Positions 43,729 to 52,523 of a DNA stretch of 64,000 nt are shown here, one piece after another. Made by a program: the position numbers and the translations under genes. Each line of letters opens with the position of its first letter. Positions within the stretch are counted from its first letter, which is position 1. The stretch is from a virus: the IMG/VR virus record IMGVR_UViG_3300025584_000449, positions 96,001 to 160,000 of that record. One strand, given 5' to 3'. Below the pieces are notes generated by a model. That model was not told where the DNA came from. It made no database searches and was given only the letters and a program-made list of their open reading frames with translations.

Positions 43729-46464
43729 CTAAATAACTCCTTGGTTAAAAACAATCACATCTATTTTCCTTTTATTAAATATAAGTGATTGTAGTTTCTG
43801 ATCTTTAATATATCCTTTAGTATACATATCAAGCATCATTGCTTTTAAGCTATGGCCTAAAGACATATTCTGTTGCATAAGAGCGCTATTTATTAGTGCG
43901 TATGCCCTAGAACCTATAATATAAGTATGTTCTGAATTATTTAAATCATTCCATCCTATAATTCTTCCCTTTTCATATTGAGTTAAAGACACTGGAACTG
44001 TCGTATCATCTAAAAGGATTACTGATTCTGTACCAATTAAAAGACTCAACTGCTCAATGAATTTCTCGGACGACATCTCCTCTGCCGATTCTACTGCTTG
44101 TTCTTTTATTTTAGAAAGTAAATACTCTTTAAACTTTTCTTGGTTCTCAGCAGATACTTTTTTCGACCAAAAGAATTCACTAATAAATTTGTAACTTGTC
44201 ATTAACAAACTAATGTTTCTAGTAATACGAGTATCATTCGGTAAGCCTTTTACCTCTTCATAGAATAATGTTTCATATGATTGGAAGGCTCTATCAAATA
44301 ATAATGGATTAGTTTTTAATACATGATGTATATAACGACCAGTTATTCCAGAGAATAGATGACTTACACTTTCTACTTTTCTACCAAGGTCTCTATCTTT
44401 CTTTCCTGGTAGGCAGTTTACTTGAATGCTTCTTGCTAATGTGGAGGCTTCTCCATCTGGAGTATCCTCACCAGTACATGCCAACCAGCCCTTAATAGTA
44501 AATGTTTTCTGCATTGCCATGTCAGGACGTGCTCTTGATCTGCTTGTATTATCTGCATAAGTCTGCATTAAAGTTAAAGCTTGATCATAGGCTCGACCTA
44601 GATTACGACGTTTAAAATCATCTATTACATACAGAGCATCTTTAAACAGGTGTCCTATTCTTGATAGCGCTGCAAAGGTAGAGGTCCAACTAGCTAAGTT
44701 AGTGAAGTTTCCATAAAAGTTCTGGAAGAACTTCATTATATAAGACTTACCATCACCAGAGTTACCTCTAACGAAGTAAGTAAATTTAGTGTCTTCTCCA
44801 GATAAGAACGGAGCTATAATTGGCAGCATAGTGTGGGCTAGTGCTGAATGTGTATAATTCCAATCACTTAAAGAAAGAAGATTATTTAATCCTTGTTTAG
44901 CTTCATTAAATTCTTCGTTGGTTACTTCTATTATATTTAGATATTTTGCTACATCAGCATCTTCTAAATCAAACTCAATCGAGGTATTTTCATGTATGCC
45001 TGTTTTATCAATGATCACTGACGGACTTATATACTTATCAGGATATCTATCTTCCTCTTCATCCTTCCTGTAGCCCATCTGTAATACTACTCGCTTATCT
45101 ACAGTATTACTGTATTTCGCAATACATTGTCTAATTTTAGGTTCGGCATTTATCTTTGTAAAAATACCGTCAATTCCTAATTTGTCTGTTATATGTGATT
45201 TGAATGCGTTGTTATCATGAAAGTCTGATGGAGGCATTTTAAATTCAGCAGCTGCTACACCGTCTGCATCTGTTTTTATAATACCTTTTAGATATGTATA
45301 TTCGTCACCCGTTCCATCATCAACAACTACGCGCTCTTGTAAATCAACAATATAATTACACAATCTTTCAAGTGTAGGTGCAGCCCCATCTTCACCTAGA
45401 TTTTGTTCATAGTAACTATTCCCACGTCTAATTAAATTATCAAATGGATCTTCTACATTTAATAAAGCCCCTTCACTAAATCCTAGAGCTTTTTTATAGA
45501 AATATATTGGACTACGTTTTGTACCAATCTCAGCACAAGGTCCAGGACACATACCAGTTTCTTGTAACTTAGCACAAGTTATTGGTTTATACCCGGCCCC
45601 TCCAACGGCACCCTTCATTCGTTGTATATTTTTTTCAGACGTTTCTTTTTTGTAATTACCTAGCTTAGGCAAAATACTATTAAGTAAATACTTCTCACCA
45701 TCTTGAGTATCATATTCTGAACTAGCATTAATTAATATGTATGCTAAGTTTAGTCTTTCTTCATTAGTTAATACTCCAGTAGTAAATGCTTTTGTACGTA
45801 AGTTTCTTAATGCTGAACATTTTTCAAAGATAACATCAATGGTATTATGTGCAGCTATTAAACTTTTTATATCCGCATACTCAATAGTTTTTAGATCAAC
45901 TGTATCAATAAATTCACTAGCTTTTCCAGAATGCTGGTGCTTTCCTTCTGGCCCTTTTACGAGAGAGCCCATACTTCCTTCACTGACAGACTTTTGTTTA
46001 GGAAATATTTCCCAGTGTAGTCCGTCATTAACTAGTTCTATGTTTTTCATAATACTATGTAATCCAACATACACTGGTGAAGAAGCTACAGGTTCATCAA
46101 AGAAGATCCAAACATGGTATCCTTTAAACCCAGAAAACTCTAGATAGGACGGGATCTCATGCTCTGTTAAAGCTGTTTGGATAAGTTCTGCTTGTTTTCG
46201 TAAATCAGGTAACCAAAGATCAAGATCAAAATTCTCTTGAATAAATATATCTTTATTGATATCTATATCAACAACAGCCCACTTTAATGTGTTCTGTTCT
46301 GGGATAATTTGATATAACCCTATAGTTCCCATACCTTTAAGGTGTCCTGATATAACACGGTCTGTTAAATCTTCATGGACAGGTACATAAGTTCTATTAG
46401 GCGTTTGAATAGCATACACATCTGGCCTATGAACAAAAAGTTTTCTAAAAACGTCTATATTCAT
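43729..46464 (-). CDS. AEP primase fused to a Cys-rich domain and P-loop helicase
   Basis: RPDVYA, GLY, VVDID, EFSGFKGYHVW, IFPKQ (AEP); C..ITC..CPGPC; GNSGDGKS Walker A, YVIDD Walker B. Confidence 0.82.
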   Translation of the reverse strand: MNIDVFRKLFVHRPDVYAIQTPNRTYVPVHEDLTDRVISGHLKGMGTIGLYQIIPEQNTLKWAVVDIDINKDIFIQENFDLDLWLPDLRKQAELIQTALTEHEIPSYLEFSGFKGYHVWIFFDEPVASSPVYVGLHSIMKNIELVNDGLHWEIFPKQKSVSEGSMGSLVKGPEGKHQHSGKASEFIDTVDLKTIEYADIKSLIAAHNTIDVIFEKCSALRNLRTKAFTTGVLTNEERLNLAYILINASSEYDTQDGEKYLLNSILPKLGNYKKETSEKNIQRMKGAVGGAGYKPITCAKLQETGMCPGPCAEIGTKRSPIYFYKKALGFSEGALLNVEDPFDNLIRRGNSYYEQNLGEDGAAPTLERLCNYIVDLQERVVVDDGTGDEYTYLKGIIKTDADGVAAAEFKMPPSDFHDNNAFKSHITDKLGIDGIFTKINAEPKIRQCIAKYSNTVDKRVVLQMGYRKDEEEDRYPDKYISPSVIIDKTGIHENTSIEFDLEDADVAKYLNIIEVTNEEFNEAKQGLNNLLSLSDWNYTHSALAHTMLPIIAPFLSGEDTKFTYFVRGNSGDGKSYIMKFFQNFYGNFTNLASWTSTFAALSRIGHLFKDALYVIDDFKRRNLGRAYDQALTLMQTYADNTSRSRARPDMAMQKTFTIKGWLACTGEDTPDGEASTLARSIQVNCLPGKKDRDLGRKVESVSHLFSGITGRYIHHVLKTNPLLFDRAFQSYETLFYEEVKGLPNDTRITRNISLLMTSYKFISEFFWSKKVSAENQEKFKEYLLSKIKEQAVESAEEMSSEKFIEQLSLLIGTESVILLDDTTVPVSLTQYEKGRIIGWNDLNNSEHTYIIGSRAYALINSALMQQNMSLGHSLKAMMLDMYTKGYIKDQKLQSLIFNKRKIDVIVFNQGVI

Positions 46465-46856
46465 TTTATTCTAATAACTTCCCATTCAACTTTTTTATTA
46501 TTGACTAACTTTTTTATCTTTTGCTGAGTCTGGCTAAGTCTGGCTTTACCAGTTTTAACTTCAACAAAAGTAATACATTCGTCTCCAAATACAATATAAT
46601 CAATAGGGTTACCTAAAAATTGAGCTTGTCTTGGATTATGTTTGAAGTCTTTAGTAAATGGTAGCATCTTTTCAACCATTTGTCCTGTGCGGACTTCTGA
46701 ACTTTTCCTATGGAAATGTTCTTTTTTATTTTGTTCCTGTAGGTCATCAACCTTCAGATCTAACGTCTTCACCAATTGTTTGTATTTTTTTACTTCTACA
46801 AACCTGATTACCAATAAGACTGTTAGTAATACGATAAGTACTGTAGTCAAGATCAT
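46461..46856 (-). CDS. Holliday junction resolvase-like endonuclease (PD-(D/E)xK)
   Basis: GQMVEKMLPF, FLGNPIDYIVF, FVEVKTG...LS..Q; N-terminal hydrophobic anchor. Confidence 0.75.
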   Translation of the reverse strand: MILTTVLIVLLTVLLVIRFVEVKKYKQLVKTLDLKVDDLQEQNKKEHFHRKSSEVRTGQMVEKMLPFTKDFKHNPRQAQFLGNPIDYIVFGDECITFVEVKTGKARLSQTQQKIKKLVNNKKVEWEVIRIK

Positions 46857-48367
46857 TGCTGATTCCTTATTCTTTTATCACACATGAAGTTACAGAAAAC
46901 TCCGCACTTTAGTTTGCCATTATCAAAGGTTTCAGCCTTGTATTCCTGAATTTCAACTAAAGTTTTAAACAAATGTGTCTTATCTAAAGGACAATCGATC
47001 TTTAAGTGTTGTCGTATTAAGCGTTTAAGATTTTCAGGCTTATTCTTGATAAGGCTATACAGTATCTTATTTTTCAAGTATTGCCTAATATAAGGCAATG
47101 CTGCATCTGGATTGTCCGTTGTATCCTTAATCATACTAATAATCTGATCATTTGGCAAGACTAATTTGAAATCATTTGGAGAAATATTTTCAAGTTCTTT
47201 ATTTATTCTATCTCTTAAATATTCTTCCTTATCCATACTGATACCTGGACGTCCTGTTCCATATCTATCAGCTATACGTAAATCAATGAGATTATGTATA
47301 TTTTCTGGGCTAGCCCTATTGATCAATCTTCTAACAGCGGCACTTGATAAACGTCTAGATGCATCAAATAGGTGTAAATTAATTAAAGAAGTTATTTGTC
47401 TAATAAAATCTTTCTTAAATCCCCATTTAAATAAAATGCGTTCTGCTAGGAAAGAGCTCGCCTTTTCATGTCCATAGAAATGAATCTCATTTTTAGTATT
47501 ATAAGTCATACATTGCGGCTTACCTATATCATGTAATAACGCAGTTGTTCTTATAATCTTACATCTTGGATGAGATAATTTTACAGAGTCTATTGCATAC
47601 ATTAGATGTTGATACACATCTAAATTCTTTCTTTTGTTAGTCTGCTCGATTCCAACACATAAAAGAAGTTCTGGAAAGAAATCATCCAGAACTTTTGTAG
47701 ACCTAAGTATGTTAAATACTTTACTAGGTATTTCTACTCTAGTAAAGATTTTATTTACTTCTCTGTATACCTGAGTAGAATGTGTTAATGCTAGTTTGAG
47801 TCTGTAATCCTTTATAGCCTCATGTGTCTTATGCTCTAGCTTCCACCCCGTTCCTAACACTCCTGCTAAAACAGGCCCACGTAATATTCTAATCTTAGAT
47901 TCTAGAATTCTATTATATGGGTTTCCTACAAAGCGTATTAGCTTGTTCTCTATATCCTTTTTACCGTTATGATAATCATACCATTTATTTTTTAATGGAT
48001 CAAAATAAAGTGCATTGATAGTAAAGTCTCTAGAGTTTGAATCCTCTTTTAAAGAGGTTGTATATTCAAACTTATAGTAAGTATTATCAAGAGTTACTTT
48101 CTTTAGTGGGTATAAATTTATGTATAATCCTTTATACATAATAGTTACGTAAGTTAAAAATGGATCTGAATGTTTGATCTTATTTTTAAACTTAGCTTGT
48201 AATTCTTGCATGTTAGAAACTACCGCAAAGTCATAACTCATAATAGTTCGGCTTAACTTTAAATCTCTTGCGGTACCACCACAAACATATGATTTTATAT
48301 CATGCAATAATAGATAGCGTGCAATATTTTCTAGCATATTACTTACCACCTTTCCACTTCGCACCAC
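46853..48367 (-). CDS. CCA-adding/poly(A) polymerase-like nucleotidyltransferase with HD domain
   Basis: VCGGTARD, RDFTINALY, IRFVG, RILR; HD domain LHDIGKP, H..GHE; several canonical Asp/Arg residues substituted. Confidence 0.8.
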   Translation of the reverse strand: MVRSGKVVSNMLENIARYLLLHDIKSYVCGGTARDLKLSRTIMSYDFAVVSNMQELQAKFKNKIKHSDPFLTYVTIMYKGLYINLYPLKKVTLDNTYYKFEYTTSLKEDSNSRDFTINALYFDPLKNKWYDYHNGKKDIENKLIRFVGNPYNRILESKIRILRGPVLAGVLGTGWKLEHKTHEAIKDYRLKLALTHSTQVYREVNKIFTRVEIPSKVFNILRSTKVLDDFFPELLLCVGIEQTNKRKNLDVYQHLMYAIDSVKLSHPRCKIIRTTALLHDIGKPQCMTYNTKNEIHFYGHEKASSFLAERILFKWGFKKDFIRQITSLINLHLFDASRRLSSAAVRRLINRASPENIHNLIDLRIADRYGTGRPGISMDKEEYLRDRINKELENISPNDFKLVLPNDQIISMIKDTTDNPDAALPYIRQYLKNKILYSLIKNKPENLKRLIRQHLKIDCPLDKTHLFKTLVEIQEYKAETFDNGKLKCGVFCNFMCDKRIRNQQ

Positions 48368-48713
48368 AAAAATCTGTTACATCCTTTATACTTCTAACAC
48401 GAGATCTAAGTTTATGGTTTTTACATAGACATGTTATATGAGTATAATCATACTCACCGCTATCACGAGCTATGGTGAGAGATTGTTGTCTTGTCTTACC
48501 CTCTATTTGAGGAACGGTCCAACGTGCTCTTCTACTTTTATCTCGCTCTGCTTTCTTTACGTGCTCTACACAGCACAAACCTCTACGAGCTGACCCATAA
48601 TATACAAAGTATATACAATTACCACAACATTTTACAATTCTATGTCCAGGACGATTTTTTTCTCTTTTTGCTATTTTGTCTTTGTTTTCTAAAATATCGT
48701 CTTCGTCAAACAT
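48339..48713 (-). CDS. Hypothetical Cys-rich protein
   Basis: CCGNCIYF..CC..C.C..H..C pattern; in-operon position. Confidence 0.5.
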   Translation of the reverse strand: MFDEDDILENKDKIAKREKNRPGHRIVKCCGNCIYFVYYGSARRGLCCVEHVKKAERDKSRRARWTVPQIEGKTRQQSLTIARDSGEYDYTHITCLCKNHKLRSRVRSIKDVTDFCGAKWKGGK

Positions 48714-48716
48714 GTC

Positions 48717-49724
48717 TTATCCTAATAGGTGTGGTTTTGATTCTGCTATTCCAGCATTGGTTACTTCCATAAATTCTGCACGTTCTTGGAATGATTTAAT
48801 ATCAATAGCACCGACATAAGACATTGCTGATCTTAGCCCATACATTAAATCATCTATGATACGTTCTACTTTTCCTTTATACGGAATTTGTTTAGAGTTA
48901 CCTTCAATGTTCTTTACCTCTTCGCCTCTAGCTTTTTTAGCTGAGGCCGAGGCGGATCCCCTGTACTCTTTAAATAATACTTCATTCGGCCAAGTTCCTT
49001 GACGCTTAATATCTCCAGGACTTTCTTTTGTACCAGCTAATAAAGATCCTAAGATTACTGTATCTGCCCCTGCTGCAATAGCTTTTGCAAAGTCACCTGG
49101 GGTTCTAATTCCTCCACATGAAATAATAGGTGTATTTCCAGATACTTTTTTAATCTCCTGTAAAGCCGTAATCTGCGGAACTCCGCAGCCTGTTTTAACT
49201 CTAGTCTCACACAATGAGCCATTGCCCTGACCAACTCTTAAAGCATCGGCTCCCCAAGCTATTAAAGCTTCTGCGGCTTCAGCAGTCGAGATAGACCCAG
49301 CAATAAATGGTATAGTTGGATATAATGGTTTAAGACGTTTAAGAGCGTTCTCTACCAACATGTGATGTCCGTGTGCTACGTCTATTAATATAACAGTAGC
49401 TCCAGCGTCTATTAGTTTACTAGTGTGTAATCTATAATCTCCTGTTACTCCTATAGTTCCACCAACTCGTCCACATGATTTTTCTATACATGCGACCTGT
49501 TCTTCAATTGGCATAAACCTGTGGATAAATCCAATTCCACCTAAATCTCCTAGTTTATCTGCCATAGCTTGCTCTGTTACAGTATCCATAGGGGATCCAA
49601 TTATTGGTATACGTAGTCCACTAGTACCTGCCAAAATAGTATCAGTATTACATGAATCCCTTGAGTCTATTTTGCTATATCTAGGAATGATGGTTACATC
49701 GTCAAATGTTAATGCTTTTTTCAT
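48717..49724 (-). CDS. IMP dehydrogenase / GMP reductase (no CBS domains)
   Basis: LTFDDV, SPMDTVTE, IDVAHGH, G.GSLCETR, GGIRTPGD.AKA, GSLLAGT.ESPG, YRGSAS. Confidence 0.88.
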   Translation of the reverse strand: MKKALTFDDVTIIPRYSKIDSRDSCNTDTILAGTSGLRIPIIGSPMDTVTEQAMADKLGDLGGIGFIHRFMPIEEQVACIEKSCGRVGGTIGVTGDYRLHTSKLIDAGATVILIDVAHGHHMLVENALKRLKPLYPTIPFIAGSISTAEAAEALIAWGADALRVGQGNGSLCETRVKTGCGVPQITALQEIKKVSGNTPIISCGGIRTPGDFAKAIAAGADTVILGSLLAGTKESPGDIKRQGTWPNEVLFKEYRGSASASAKKARGEEVKNIEGNSKQIPYKGKVERIIDDLMYGLRSAMSYVGAIDIKSFQERAEFMEVTNAGIAESKPHLLG

Positions 49725-50239
49725 TTGTGCAGTTTACCTTTAATGTGCGTAATTTCATGTTGGCAAATCTTAGCCCAAGGGCCTTGCTTGCCGTAGAATT
49801 TAATTGTTTGTAGCTCGGGATTATCTAATTCTTGGAATTGGATAGTTGCATTGAGTTTTCTCTTTACATCAAACACCACGTCTGGCTGGCTAAGACACCC
49901 CTCAGTGCTTCTATAAGTTTTACCGTTTGTAACAACTACAGGGTTAATAAACTCTTTCCATCCCCAAGTATCTTTTTCTTCCCCAGGCCATATCATAATT
50001 AAGACAGAGGGACAGGGGGAGTCTTTATCCCAAATTTGATTTGCAGCGATACCAAGACATTGCTCTGTTCCTATATCTGTAGCAGTGTCTTTCATATTAG
50101 TAACTAGGTCAACTAACTCTTGTGGCCAATACTTATGAGTTGACATTGGCGAGTCAAGAACAGTGTCTACATTTACACATTTAGTTGTTAGTTGCTTTCG
50201 ACCATCTTTATCTGTTGCCAGATTAATTGGTTTGATCAT
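49721..50239 (-). CDS. def: Peptide deformylase
   Basis: GIAANQI, EGCLS, QHEITH (motifs 1-3; motif 3 has T in place of D). Confidence 0.82.
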   Translation of the reverse strand: MIKPINLATDKDGRKQLTTKCVNVDTVLDSPMSTHKYWPQELVDLVTNMKDTATDIGTEQCLGIAANQIWDKDSPCPSVLIMIWPGEEKDTWGWKEFINPVVVTNGKTYRSTEGCLSQPDVVFDVKRKLNATIQFQELDNPELQTIKFYGKQGPWAKICQHEITHIKGKLHK

Positions 50240-51606
50240 AATTTTCTAAGAATCCTTCTTCGTTTTAAGAACTGTCTATGTAGAAGATCGACTTTTTTAT
50301 CATCAAAGTCAACCATTATTGCAGAGTTTTTTCCTTTAGCTTTTCTCATCAATCTGCCAGCAGTTTGTTTAATTTTAATTTCAGACTGCATTGGTCCTGC
50401 TAGAAAAACTATTTCTAAATGAGGGATATTTATTCCAGTACTAAATAACCCATAAGTAGAAATAACTATGTTTTTCTTTTTAAGTAATAAATCTTCCATT
50501 ACTTGTTTTCTATTTTTCTTTGTCATCTTAGAAGTCAATATAACAGAATCTTTAATTTTGTCCTGTAAATATTCAACTTGAGATAGTCTGGAACATAGAA
50601 TACAAATTGGTTTATCTTTATAGTCTTTTAGAGTTTCTAATATTAGATTATTTCTTTCTTCATCTAAACTTAAATCCGACACCATGTCTTGGTATTCGGA
50701 GGTTTGCATAAGAGGAAAATAATAATCAGTTTGAATTTCTCTTAAGTCTGGCTTCATTAAAACTTTTTTTAATCTATCTTTATCAACAACATGAATTCTA
50801 GGACCAGTAGCAAAGAATATAACATTTGTAAGACCATCTTCTCTTTTAGGAGTAGCCGAGAATCCAAATTTATATTTTGCTTTAAGCTCTGTCATCACAT
50901 TATAATAAGAGTCTGCAGCTATTATATGTGTTTCGTCACAAATGATTTGTCCAAACTTCTCATTTATTAAATCTATTTTACTAAAACCATCATCAGTCTT
51001 TATAAATGATGCTAGACTTTGTAGTAACCCTACCGTTATAGGTTTTACTTTAAATGTGCCACCGCCGATAAATCCAATAGCATCTTCTGACACATTTAAA
51101 TATTCTGCAATAGCAGCTCTTGTTTGATTTGCTAGTTCCGTGGTGTGAACTAATACTAAAGTATTCTGTCTTCGTCTTAATATAAGTTCAGCAAAAGCTA
51201 TAGTCTTGCCAGATCCAGTCATTGCCTCTACTACGCCAACACTTTTTTCCATACAAGCAGAAACTATCTCCTCTTGATAATCTCTTAATTTAAATCCTTT
51301 ATGAGGTTTTAATTTAGAAAAATATGCTTCGGATGTATGGGTTACTCTATTGTCTATTATGTCTGCTTTAGACATTGAGTAGGAAAATGTAGATGTAATA
51401 TATGGCAATGCGCCTATAGGAACTAGTAGTCTGTCTCCGTGGTGCTTATAAAAAGTTAAGTATTTTGTTATCTTGTGAGCATTTAATCCTAGCCTGGTAA
51501 GTTCAATGAGCTTAGGATTAGATATTGTTAAATATCTTTTTATGTGCTCTGTTTGAGATCTTGTCAGGTCAGTAATAATTGCTAAGTTCGTTATATGTAT
51601 TATCAT
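50236..51606 (-). CDS. SF2 DEAD/DEAH-like helicase
   Basis: LRDYQ, TGSGKT, DETH, SATP, TGIN.P, QTAGRLMR. Confidence 0.88.
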   Translation of the reverse strand: MIIHITNLAIITDLTRSQTEHIKRYLTISNPKLIELTRLGLNAHKITKYLTFYKHHGDRLLVPIGALPYITSTFSYSMSKADIIDNRVTHTSEAYFSKLKPHKGFKLRDYQEEIVSACMEKSVGVVEAMTGSGKTIAFAELILRRRQNTLVLVHTTELANQTRAAIAEYLNVSEDAIGFIGGGTFKVKPITVGLLQSLASFIKTDDGFSKIDLINEKFGQIICDETHIIAADSYYNVMTELKAKYKFGFSATPKREDGLTNVIFFATGPRIHVVDKDRLKKVLMKPDLREIQTDYYFPLMQTSEYQDMVSDLSLDEERNNLILETLKDYKDKPICILCSRLSQVEYLQDKIKDSVILTSKMTKKNRKQVMEDLLLKKKNIVISTYGLFSTGINIPHLEIVFLAGPMQSEIKIKQTAGRLMRKAKGKNSAIMVDFDDKKVDLLHRQFLKRRRILRKL

Positions 51607-51612
51607 AAGTAT

Positions 51613-51641
51613 AGTATAAAAAATTGAGCTTTAGATATCAA
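51613..51641 (-). promoter_or_regulatory. Sigma70-like promoter of the replication operon (TTGATA-N17-TATACT)
   Basis: Minus strand TTGATA (51641-51636), 17 nt, TATACT (51618-51613), just upstream of the helicase. Confidence 0.6.
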
Positions 51642-51686
51642 GAGGTACTGTCATTATATTTCTTATACCAAAATATCATTGTGTAC

Positions 51687-51715
51687 TTGACCTAAGCTTC
51701 TTAGTATACTATATT
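51687..51715 (+). promoter_or_regulatory. Sigma70-like promoter of the tail/baseplate operon (TTGACC-N17-TATATT)
   Basis: TTGACC 51687-51692, TATATT 51710-51715; divergent from the helicase promoter. Confidence 0.7.
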
Positions 51716-51750
51716 TATATATAACATTTAACTTTAACCGGAAATAACTA

Positions 51751-52161
51751 ATGGGAAAATATTTAGAACAAATCGTAGACATAGGATACGCCACAGAAAC
51801 CTTTGAGTTTTTAGGAGGAAAAGCTACTTATACTTTACGTAGTATAAGTGCTGACATACAGCTGGAAGTCGAACATTACATGAAAAGCGTGGATGGTGGA
51901 ACTGCAATAGTACTACACACTTACAGCATTGAGCTACTAGCCAGACTACTGGAAAAATACAATAACGTAGCTGCAGATGATGTAGATAAAAATAGACTGT
52001 TATTAGGAAATCAGCCAACATCTTTAATTGATAGCCTAGTTGAGAAGTGGCAAGAGTTCGAAAAGCTTGTCGCTAAAGAAGTTACAGGAGAAGAGATTGA
52101 GAACACTTTTTTCGAGACCGCCTCAACTTCTTCAGACTCAGAGCAAAAGCCAACGGAATAA
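51751..52161 (+). CDS. Tail assembly chaperone (gpG-like)
   Basis: 136-aa helical protein upstream of the tape measure; slippery heptamer T TTT TTC near its 3' end. Confidence 0.75.
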   Translation: MGKYLEQIVDIGYATETFEFLGGKATYTLRSISADIQLEVEHYMKSVDGGTAIVLHTYSIELLARLLEKYNNVAADDVDKNRLLLGNQPTSLIDSLVEKWQEFEKLVAKEVTGEEIENTFFETASTSSDSEQKPTE

Positions 52162-52523
52162 ATCCTGGACCAAAGGGTAGTTTAGAAGAAACTGTAATAA
52201 TACAATATCTATCTAGAGAAGATAATATTGAAAATTTAAGATTTAACTTATTATTACAGTCCAACCTATTAGATGCAAGCAATGCTCAAGATGTTGAGGC
52301 TTTTAATAGAGTATTACAAGAATATAATGATGTAATATCTCTTAAGCCTAAAAAGACTTTCAAGACACAAGAACTAATGAATGATATGAAGAGTTTAAAT
52401 AAAAAAGGATTCTTCGGAGTAAAAGTAAAAGCTAAAAAAGCTGGAAAACATATAGAAAGTGATTTTCAAAAGGATGTTTCAGCCCTCGCTAAGGACGTAA
52501 CTCATGGCAGAAGAAGTACTTAA
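52107..52523 (+). CDS. -1 frameshift extension of the tail assembly chaperone (gpGT-like)
   Basis: Heptamer TTTTTTC at 52107-52113; -1 frame checked by hand is open for 138 codons (FFRDRLNFFRLRAKANG...GRRST) to TAA 52521-52523, filling the gap to the tape measure. Confidence 0.8.
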   Translation, partial: FFRDRLNFFRLRAKANGINPGPKGSLEETVIIQYLSREDNIENLRFNLLLQSNLLDASNAQDVEAFNRVLQEYNDVISLKPKKTFKTQELMNDMKSLNKKGFFGVKVKAKKAGKHIESDFQKDVSALAKDVTHGRRST

